A stretch of DNA of 64,000 nucleotides from Eutreptiella sp. 'Long Island Sound 2002' (lineage: Eukaryota; Protista; Euglenida): the NCBI GenBank assembly GCA_964036045.1, contig OZ038378.1:3038001-3102000 (forward strand), read 5' to 3'. Below, one piece after another: positions 13,101 to 22,364 of the stretch. Made by a program: the position numbers and the translations under genes. Each line of letters begins with the position of its first letter. Positions within the stretch are counted from its first letter, which is position 1. The notes beneath the pieces were generated by a model, which was given only the letters and a program-made list of their open reading frames with translations, made no database searches and was not told the DNA's origin.

Positions 13101-16100
13101 TACAAGTATCCACAGCCCATATACTGGCTCGTTGAGTGGCAGATCCACATACAACCCATGGATAGAAGTGAATTCGGAGGAATCAATGGAAAATCACCAA
13201 CACGAGAGATTGGGGAGCACAGGCAGAAGAAACAGGAGGATATGCGAGTAGAGCAGCGCAAGCGAGGCTGAGCGGGTTGTGGAGGAATGTGAAGCTGGTG
13301 GCAGAGGAGTATGGATGATTGTGAAGGGTTGTTGTGGGACTGTGTGAGGATTGTCCGGGATTAATGATGCTTGTGGCGAGCTGCGGACGGCTTTTGGCCG
13401 TTGTCACTCAGGCTTGTAACCTGTTGACTGTTGTGGATGGCATTGTTGGGAGTTGTTAAGGAGAACGGCAGACTGTTCAGGGCTGTGGAGAGATGTTGAG
13501 GTGTGTAGAGGGTTATGGAAGGTTGTGGGGGATCGCAACAGGGTTGTGAAGGGTTGTCGAGGGGTGTTGAGAGTTCCTTCACGTTGGTGGAGGGCTGCCA
13601 CACAACAGCGCTGCTGGGCAGCACGCCATCACTGAACCAGAAAGCATCTCTAAATCAAACGAAAGAATCCAGTGGGCAGGGGCTAGAGGGCTGTAATAGA
13701 TAGGAGCAACTTATGACAGAGTAACAAAGCTGCCCCACAACACAACAACAATCTGAAAACCCCGCGGGCCTCAGAGATACCCAGACCAGGTGGACGATAA
13801 TATACCCAGCAACGTACCCATAATGCACCCAGCACCAGGAAATGGGGGGAAGTGGGGCAAAATGGGGGGAAGTGGGGCAAAATGGGGGGAAATGGGGGGG
13901 GGGGGGATGGGGGGGAAATAGGGGGAAATGGGGGGAGGTGGGGAAACATAACAAAAATTGTGGGGCCTTGGCGGCTTTCACCAATGCACCCCCCCCCCCA
14001 CACACACACAGCCACACAAACCTTGTGTTTTGAACCTTTTCAACCCCCAAACTCCCCATCTTTCCATCGAGCATCCAAAATTTCCGGCACTTCCCCTGTT
14101 TCCCTCTTTCCCCCCATTTCCCCCCAATTGTCCTCAGGAGCTTTCACCAAGGCACCCTTCCCCCCCACAGCCTTGTTGCCAATCAAGCCCTTGTTTTTTG
14201 ACTTTTTCAGCCCCCCAATTTTTTTCAGCCCCCATTTTTCCATCGAGCATCCAAAATTTCCCCCACCTTCTTCCATTTCCCCCATTTTACCTGAATCGGC
14301 CCATTTCGAGGATAAGTGCACGGTAACGTTGCAGAAACGGGTGTTTCCGAGCACTGCACCCGGTACCCGTTTCTTTGGGACGACCGACGCAGGGTGGGCA
14401 GTTGTCAGCCTACAGCCGTGTATTCCATGGACTGTTGACCTATGCCGACACACCTACCTCCCTGCTGTTGTTTCGGGAAAGCACCGCACAGCAAATGCAG
14501 CCCAACCGCGGCTGTGGGTGAAAAGCATTCGTTTGGTACAAGAGGACCAGCCAGACAGTGCCTGAAGCAGGCGTGTCCAGAGGTTGGGAGCATTTGCCAG
14601 AATCGGCTGCGATCACAACGCATACCAGGCTTGGCTGCTGCCACCTCTGCTGCCGGAGCGACGCACATCGTGAGGTCTCCCAGCTGCAATCATAGCAGGC
14701 AGGGATGTATGCATGGGGATGCAAACAAGATGGCACAGGTCTACGTTCAGCTGACGATCCATGGTGCAGTGAACGGGTGAACGAACAACACAGCAGCAGT
14801 GAAATGTCCTGGACCTATCGGGGCGGATGTCTTCACTGCATATGCCCAGCACTACTCACAGTCCTCGTATCCGTCAATCTCATTGTCAACAATATTCTTC
14901 TGGCCGTGGAACCCCCCCGCACTCCTGATCCACCAATGCGCAAGTGCAATCCCACAGGATCCCCACTGCTAGAGAAACTGGCCGCTGAGCGCGCGCGGCA
15001 CGCATCACGCGTGATGTGCGGAGCCACGATTGAGCTGTGGCAACGACCAATCCACACACCAGTCCACACATCTTTTCTGTGTGTAATGCAACAGTCCCTT
15101 CAACTTTGGGGATAGGCCTGAACATCATCTGTTGGCAACAGGTATTTTGCCAGGTTGCATATCAATGTGCGCAGTAAGAGCACCACCATTGCAGAGGCTG
15201 CCACCAGTTATGTGGAGCTGAAATCAATGTCCCCCGCCCTGCGCCTCCAGCTGCCCAGAACAGACCGTCCTGTGACATGGGCCTGCCTAATTTAGCCGTG
15301 AAACCGAACCCCAGTTGCACTTCAAGCACCACCATACAAACCGCAGCTCCAGCAGAACCTGTGGAAACGAATGGCGCCATGAAGATGGAAGCGCAAAACA
15401 ATCACCATCGAAAGAAGGAGTCCAATGGGGCTGCTTTGGTTTCCGGGGCAATTTTAGTGCCCGATTTCTACGAGTATGAAGTTGAATCACACGAAGGTTG
15501 GGCAAAAATATCAACTGTGGCGGCCGGCTACGGCCGAGCAACTGCAGGTAGTGGGTTCCCAAAACTGTCTAAAATCGCCAAAAGAAAAACTGTTTTTCCA
15601 GCAGTTTATGGTACGAAGGCCGTGTGCAGTGGGGTCCATTTACAGTTTGGGGCACTGCTTGATAGCTTTTCTACCCAACGATCGGCCTCGATGAACCCTT
15701 TTCGGGGTTTGGGGAGCAAGACTTGCCCTAGAAGCCCTGCGTGCCCAGACAAACAGACAAACCCTGCACACAAGATGTCCTCAGCACATGTCCTGAGGGG
15801 ATGGTAAATGACAAGTTCAAATGCAAATGCGAGTGGCAAAAATGGCAAAATTGGCGCTGAACATGACCTGCAATGCCTAATTTTTGGGGACTCACATACC
15901 TCTGTGCACATTGCACACCATGTGTTGCATTGGGGACCCTTGTGGTGAACACTGGCAGGCCTTTTCCGTATCAGCAACACCCACCCTTTGACGCCCCATT
16001 GGCACCATGGGGTGGCGCACTTTGCATGTGCTTGGAGAGAGTTGGCAAGGGTCACCCATGGGGCCAAACTGGTCAAAAAAATTGTCCAAAAATTGTTCCT

Positions 16101-19100
16101 AGATCACTTGCGGTGCTCAAACAAATGGATATAGGCCCATGCAAGTTCCCAGAAAGGCTTGAAAAGGGGCCAGAAAACGGGCCTAAAAGGGTCGAAAACA
16201 CCTGTTTCGACAAGGGATCCGAAACTATTTGGGATGCTCAAACACGCGGTTTCGGGCTTTTTTGAGCTATTGTTGACGTTATTTGGCGCGCACAAACCTT
16301 TGAAATAGGTACAGTGTGCATGTTCCCTTCCCCACAAATTTGGTCCCAATACTCATTGTTCATCAGCCTTTTGGGGTTCGTGTCAAGATCATCTCCAGGC
16401 CTTATTGTAACATGAACCCAAACGCGACACCAGTGAAGAAGCAAGCAACTACATTTTGTTGTGTCTGCTGATGTGTGTGTGTGTTTGTGTGCCTATGCAA
16501 TGTGAATACAGAGACAATGGGGGAATCCCTATCCCGTTCCTCTTCCAACTGCATGTCTCATCTGCATCCCAAACATCGACGCTGGGCATCAGGCGTTTGC
16601 GGGGGGATCCTCCACATTGACCCAATTGACTTTTTTCCCTGCACTGGAGTATCCTTTTGGGTACAACAATGTGGATAGCAGTGGTGATGACACAGCAGTG
16701 CGCGGTGCAGTCAAACCTTGGATGTTGCGTTCCGTTCACACTGCTCCTTGATCCATGGGAAACTGTTCTCCCATTCCCCTTGCAAGTCGGGATCCAGCAA
16801 AAACTGAACCTTACGCTTCTTTGCCTCCAAGAGTAAACCCCAGCCTGCAAAGCAAAAAGCCGGCTTCACAATTGAATAGAAAGCGGTGCCCATGAAAGTA
16901 TCTGGAATCTGTCCCACTCTGGGGTGGCTTCGGTCTTGCCCAGAGCCCTGACGCCCACAGTGCAACACACAACCATAGCATGCCAATCTGCAAGTACTGG
17001 CAACCGATCCTATCATGCGCCTGCGAACAAGTTTGTCACAAACCCGAACCTGCAATACTTCCCGCCATCCTTTTTTTGCGGTTGCCTTCAAGGCTAATGA
17101 ATCGTACTTCCGGTGTGTGCGCACTGGTTCGGGTTTTGGGCTTTCGGGGGCAGAGGCGGGGGGTTGAACCAACAAAAGAATGCTGGTGTCGCATGTCGGC
17201 TCACATCTGACGATCTTCTGACGAGGACCTGTGGGTCAGCACATGAGCTTACCTCGTTGACCTTTTGTCCGGTGGCTTCGAATGGATCCCCATCCCGTTT
17301 CAAAGTCCCCAACCCCAAAAAGCGTCCCCGTCCGGGACTCAGGATCCTCAATAGTGGCCTGGAGACCTGAACCCCCTGAGGTAAGGGAGGGGAGGGTGCG
17401 CCATAAAAACTGAAAGAGTGGTACTTCTGGGTGCACGTACGTGTGAGCGGTTTTGAGGAGGGAATCCTCCACTTCTGGATCGGTGGGTTGGTTGCCCGCC
17501 GGGGGTGGGGTGAAGAGGGAGGGTCCAGAAACACTGCGAGAGGTGGGCAGCCAGTTGGGCTACCTAACAGCCGGGGGAAGACTATTTTTACTCTGCGAGA
17601 GTGGGACGCCCCTTGTCGTCCCTCCCATGGCATGCCCCACACAACGTCTTGCCCAAGACAGTGAAATTTGGAGAGTGCCCCTCACCACTGATGTGGGAAA
17701 TGAAACACCGGGTCAAGGGTCCGGGATGAGGGGGAGAGGGGCGCAGAGTACGGGATTGAGAACCGGGGTCTGGAGACCGCTTTGCAATAGCAATAGCAAT
17801 AGCAAGTGGCTAAAATTTGCGATTCTGTAGCTACAACAGCAAAATCCTGCGTAGAGCGTAAGTGCAAAAGTCCGGAATGAAGACACGGAGCATGCGCTCG
17901 TGCACTCAGCTTTGCCGGGCTTCGCAGCGGCGCCACCACCCACCACCACAAGCACAACCACCCGCGCTAGCTGAACCACCCCCAGCACCACCACAACCTG
18001 CACCAGTCGCACTAGCTGAACCAACCAGACCCTCGCTGCTTACTGATACTCGCCGCACCTCTATCTATCAAGCCTATTCGAAAAGCAAAACAGAGGCGAT
18101 CTTCGTGATCACATGCGACACGGGTTTTTGGGTGGAAAACCACACCCACCCTCGCCATCTTGCCGGGTGCGGCACGACTCCGCCCAACCCTCTGTAACTC
18201 GGACTCACACGGACTCACGCTCATGCACTCTACAAATACGTGACACACCTTCGCTTTCATTGATCTTCTCAAGGAGTTCATCCTTACTCTCATCGTCCTC
18301 CGGTTCGACAGTGTATTTCAATTGTTGTCGTTGAATGGGACATGCGTCATTCTCTCGAAGTAGTCGAATAACGTCGAGAGCGTGCGCTGCCGCAGGGCGA
18401 TTCCCCCCCTGAGAAGCACACACCTCAACACGTGCCCAAGTTAGTAAACTCTTTATTGCTCGAGAAAAATAATCCCGCTTCTTTGTCATCAGAAGGGTTG
18501 GCCTTCGGTTGACGCATGATGCATCAAGCGTCCGCGCTTAATGCATGCACACAACGTGGTCCACCTACGTGACCACTTTGATTCTCGGAAGTTCCGTGGT
18601 GTTTCGCAACCATTTGGAACCACAAGATTGCGAGTTCACCGCGACTTTATTTTGCTTTCTTTGGGTCAACGGTCCTGCTCCCCACCCTCCACACGCGCTC
18701 TTTTACTTTCGCTTGGGCCGCACCGTTGTTTGCCGTCAACAATCCTCTTGATGCACCCACAGTAGTGCATGGACCGAAGCGCATTGCACGCAAAGCTCCC
18801 ATGGCTCTTTTGCTAATGCCATTGCACATTTTGGGGCCGGGCATGCCATTTCGTACAATCGTGATACACAACGGTCCTTGTCCCTTTCTACGCCTTCCAA
18901 GTTTTGCATCGCGAACATTGGGTCTAGATTTTTGACGGTAAGGATGTGGCGATGGCACAAAGATAGATCGTCAATTGCAATCGCGACACATGTGTCCTTT
19001 ACCAAATGGCAGGTGAATAAAAGTCCCGCCGCTCCGCAAATAGCATGCCATTCGATCGACGTGTGCTTGCACGAAGCACGGCACCTTCATGTTGTACTTT

Positions 19101-19971
19101 TCATTTTTCATGTGACGCTCAATTTCGTCGACACTGTAATTTTTGCTCCCCTTCTTGGATCCTTCCTCTGCACTTGGATTGAATGCCTTCTTCGCCACGA
19201 TCTCGGCGATTTGTTGCAACAAATTTGCTTGGCCGTGGCCAGCTTCCTTGCGATCGGCTTGGCTCACCTAATACATGATGTTGATCGTAGCATCAGGGGA
19301 CATGCAAGAGAGCCGTGGCAATTGTTAATATGATTGATACTCCGCCATTGTGTGCTATGCGAGCCGGCCACGCAAGCAAGCGTGGATGTGTTATCACGAA
19401 GAATGGGGACGCTACCCATGGTTGGCTCAAGAAACATACTTGTAGTTGTCCCTCCATGATAATTCGGCACACACATTCTTCCTCTTTCAGTGGCTTATCA
19501 TCATCATCCACAAAAACATTAAGATCCTTCTTTTGGGCAGGGGTTCCCTTCGCTGCGTTGAGAAACACTTTTGGGACGTCCACATAGGTATCCAAATCGC
19601 GAGGTTGCACCTAAAAGTTGCATGCAAGGGGTCGACGGCCTATCATGTGTTATTTAGCTAAGCCACACAAGGGTTAAGGGCCCGTGACGTCTTATTTAGC
19701 TTTGCCAAAGATCGGAATGACACTGCATGCCAATGCAGCTTCATCTTGTTCGCGTCGCCAGTGGCAATATAGCGGAACAATATGAAGCAAGACAAGAATC
19801 GGGTGTGCATACCTTCACTTTGTCCTTGCCCTTGTCTTGTTGCTCTTGCTTGAATTTGGCTACGGCTTCTCGTATCGCCAAGACTTCGAATCTTTTACCC
19901 TTTATGTTGTACCGAAGGATGGCTTGAGAGTCATCAAGTTTTTTCTTCTCTCTGGGACCACCAGCTTGCAT
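1..19971 (-). CDS. SBDS: SBDS/Sdo1 ribosome maturation factor with a long acidic/Lys-rich C-terminal extension; multi-exon, runs off the left edge
   Basis: GT-AG exons with consistent phase: 19971-19813 (ILRYNIKGKRFEV), 19610-19440 (DLDTYVDVPKVFLNAAKG...GQLQ), 19267-19085 (VSQADRK...IAEIVAKKAFNP...IERHMK), 18408-18249 (HALDVIRLL), possible 17375-17253, 16844-16717 (VQFLLDPD), one or more unresolved exons, 12695-12569, 3407-3314, 146-<1. The first five firm exons align by eye to the three SBDS domains. Confidence 0.9.
704..1111. mobile_element. hAT-type MITE, 408 bp
   Basis: 15-bp TIRs CAGGGCGGTCCTTAA (704-718) / TTAAGGACCGCCCTG (1097-1111); perfect 8-bp TSD GGCCTGAC (696-703, 1112-1119); internal AACCGCCACC repeats in both orientations. 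Confidence 0.9.
3850..7098 (-). mobile_element. 5'-truncated, frameshifted non-LTR retrotransposon (LINE)
   Basis: ORF 6447-7118 has RT motifs GILQGCPLS and GYADD; ORF 5420-6079 has a C-terminal CPHCG...HVVWDCP zinc knuckle; very GC-rich. The 3' boundary is approximate. Confidence 0.85.
7099..7255. repeat. Dispersed repeat, second copy at ~42911-43085
   Basis: Both copies share GATTTGGCAAGGGCACCACCTAGGCT(C/T)TAGGATGGCTAGA ... ATTTAAGGGGAGAGGGG(C/T)GTAGTAATAT. Confidence 0.8.
8229..8297. repeat. (GA)n + (GGGA)n microsatellite
   Basis: Read directly from the sequence. Confidence 0.95.
9240..9545. repeat. Degenerate ~49-bp minisatellite; related units at ~7270-7440 and ~8740-8850
   Basis: About six units with core GGAATCAAAATGGCTACAT..CCCTGCCTTCTC.GGGTC. 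Confidence 0.8.
10114..10158. repeat. (CA)n microsatellite
   Basis: Read directly from the sequence. Confidence 0.95.
10500..12480 (-). mobile_element. Decayed Penelope-like retroelement (RT domain)
   Basis: Broken frames give xDKG, LYLTGKAK, WRPMAA, ELDCKDQFNHVP, GCIPMGGSFSAQSADL and CQFRDNIL in the order of Penelope-type RT motifs; several in-frame stops. Boundaries approximate. Confidence 0.65.
13836..14290. repeat. Low-complexity AAATGGGG / CCCCATTT repeat family; related copy at ~35775-35880
   Basis: A G-rich array followed by a complementary C-rich array. Confidence 0.65.
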
Positions 19972-21258
19972 TTTGCTATCGAACCGTCTCCGGGTTCAGG
20001 CTATGAATCATGGAGATGCCAAGATCTATTTGTCAAGCGAACTACTCATCACCGTCCACCGGACAAGCATCATTCATTTTTTTCCATTCAACCATTTGGA
20101 TGTATCTTCATACGCTTTCGTGTGGCTTATTCACTAGGCACGACTGACCAAGAGCATAAAAAATAGATGAACTCGAAAAAAACTTGACACCCAGCAATAC
20201 ATCACGTGGGAACCTAACATCAACTAGATATTGAGTGCCCGCGAATCGTGCCCTCAAAGGAAGGTCGACGCGTTTCCCGACTTTGGAGTTTGCGCTTTCC
20301 ACCCATTGTCAATGAAGGCAAAAAAACAATCATGAAGCGCTACATGTAAAAAAGGGGAAAACTATATACATCGCTGTTCCCATGCGGGATAAGCGCAAAA
20401 TTGGTGGTCTTTTGTTGGGTGTTTCGTGCGAGAAGAACCGAAAATCGTCGTCGCCTCACATTGAAACCGGGAAAGTGAATTTCGGTGATTTTGGAAGACT
20501 TGAATGAGCGCGAGAATGCGTGACCTTCGTTCACACCGGTCAAAACCTGACAGGTCATCTGCTTACCTCATATTTACCTCATGTGAGAGGTCGGGAGCCT
20601 GTTCGTGATGCCACCGTGTCAAAGCCCAACCCGCTAACATGGGGGTTGAATGCAACGGCAAAATTGTTTCCGCACACCACGGACACACATCTCATCCGCC
20701 CGCCCTTCCATGGTCACCCATGCCGACGAGGCATCAACTTTTTGGGAGCACATGCATACTCTCCCTCTCCTCCCACACCAAAAAAATGAACCTTCGGGTG
20801 TCGTGGAGTGGGGCACATTGTTGTTGCCAACCCGGTGTCGGGCACCGCTTCACCCGACCACAAAGAGTCGAACTGAAGTTTGTCACTGCAACGTACACGA
20901 TTTGAAAGGGGATTTCACGATTTTTGGAATTCTCACAGTTAGTTGAAATTATTGATGCAACTTGGGCTTTGAAAAGTGCAAGACACATGTGCTACACATG
21001 TTTGGACTTCATGTTGTGCCGTTGTGCTTACACACATGTACGTCTTACCCTTGCACTTGTAGCGGACGGTGATCATAGTTTCCAAGGCCCCTTTACCGGA
21101 GGAGGGGGGAGCGTTTCGTCCAATAGCAGTTTTGTTCATGATTTTGGAATTGAGTATGACATCTTTGGAGAAATGGCGATATGTGTAAAGAGCACTGAAC
21201 CACATATACGAACTGGATGTGGATACCTTGAACAGCCGATTCGCATGCGTCACACTGC

Positions 21259-21410
21259 ATACCGTCTCGACCGTTTGGCTAACATCAAGTGTAGTGTCTG
21301 TTCTTATCAGCTTAATTTCTGATATATCCAGCACTGCTGGATAAGAAATTAAACTAATTTCTCGTTGGGGTCATGGGGTTGGACTCTTGCTGAGTCCCAC
21401 GAGACGAGTC
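21259..21410 (+). ncRNA. U2: U2 spliceosomal snRNA
   Basis: TTTGGCTAACATCAAGTGTAGTGTCTGTTCTTATCAG matches the U2 5' core. Stem IIa ATCAG/CTGAT, stem IIb ATCCAGC/GCTGGAT, IIc pairing TTAATTT/AAATTAA, Sm-like AATTTCTC and 3' hairpin GGACTC/GAGTCC are present. The 3' end is approximate. Confidence 0.93.
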
Positions 21411-21447
21411 GCCCTGCCACTAAACTATCATGCTTTATCCCTTATCA

Positions 21448-21489
21448 CTGAAAATCTGGGGATCGCGGGTTCGAGTCCCGCCGTGGGTA
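21448..21489 (+). pseudogene. 3' half of a tRNA-Phe(GAA) gene, with intact T-arm/B-box
   Basis: Anticodon loop CTGAAAA, T-arm GCGGG-TTCGAGT-CCCGC, acceptor 3' strand CGTGGGT+A, then TTTT at ~21497. No D-arm or 5' anticodon strand upstream. Confidence 0.75.
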
Positions 21490-21673
21490 GATTCACTTTT
21501 CATGTGCATTTGTTGGCATCCCTCCCTTTTGTGGAAAAAAAACAACCCCCTCCCTTTTGTCATTCATGGATACTTCATCATGCTTTATCCCTTATCACTG
21601 GCAACCGCCACACTGACCACCATTCCATACACGCAAACTAAGTGGCTGAAGTCATTGTGCCCGCTTTCCATGT

Positions 21674-21816
21674 ATTCTTGCGCTCGGGAATTACTCAGAG
21701 CTTATGATCTCTTAAGAGAAGCCTGAGGAAATTGCTAGTTGAAAACTACCCAATTACCCCAATCCAACGGCCACTCGGTGGCTGACGGATTAATTTCTGC
21801 GGCCCCTCACGGGGCC
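21674..21816 (+). ncRNA. U4: U4 spliceosomal snRNA
   Basis: 5' ATTCTTGCGC pairs 10/10 (one G-U) with conserved U6 GCGCAAGGAU. K-turn GCU-UAU-GA-UCU/AGA-GA-AGC; ATTGCTAGTTGAAAAC stem I region; Sm site AATTTCTG (21792-21799); 3' hairpin GGCCCC/GGGGCC; 143 nt. Confidence 0.92.
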
Positions 21817-22030
21817 TTTCTTCTTTCTTTGCTCACTGCCATGACCGTCGGTCGTTGTGCTGAGGACACAGCGGGTGGATTCCAAACTCCAGCCAGCTTG
21901 GGGTTTCGCCAGCAAGCACCCAGGCAGCTTCCACTGTTGCCTTTGTCTACTTCTGTTGACAACACTGCGTCAGGTTTCAGTAAAACTTTCTTTTGGCAAA
22001 GTCAAATGTGTAATCCGTCCCGCACTGAGG

Positions 22031-22364
22031 TCACTGTGGTAGGGGATTATCCATGGTAAGTTAGTTAACCTAGGAAAGCACCTCGAAGCGCCGCAGACCA
22101 GTGTGCAGTGTGCGCAGATCCTAAGAAGCAGCCTGATTCCAGGAGGGTTTACCACCCAGCTAGCGCTGGGTTCCCGGCGTCGAGTTAACCCTCCTGGAAT
22201 AAGGCTGCTTTTAAGATCTGCAGACAATATTCATCGTGACAGGGTTGGCGAGTTATGGTCAGTAACCCTAACCCTTTTCCCTCTGATAATGGGGTGAATC
22301 CTAGGCAGTCATGCGGTAAAGTACTTCGAAGTACTTTCCTACCACAGTGAACGGCTTGCTTTTT
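22031..22364 (+). ncRNA. Large structured ncRNA candidate, possibly telomerase RNA
   Basis: Nested helices 22031-43/22338-50 (13 bp perfect), 22052-57/22308-13, 22069-75/22299-305, 22114-49/22187-221 (~33 bp). TAACCCTAACCCT at 22263-75; T5 at 22360-64. The structure is visible in the sequence; the identity is inferred. Confidence 0.5.

Noticed and set aside
21060-21150. Possible U5 (GCCCCTTTAC loop, GGACG/CGTCC stem, GATTTTGG)
   Set aside because: The loop differs from invariant GCCUUUUAC and lacks an 11-nt loop on a good stem.
22045-22066. Minus-strand AACTTACCATGG as a U1 5' end, or plus-strand G|GTAAGT as an SL donor
   Set aside because: No U1 stem-loops or Sm site follow, and the upstream sequence is unlike known leaders.
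21985-22364. SRP RNA or RNase P/MRP identity (UGUAA; GCAAAGUC; CCUAGGAAAG)
   Set aside because: No helix-8 SRP54 motif; the P4 partner and CR-IV/CR-V do not fit the required positions.
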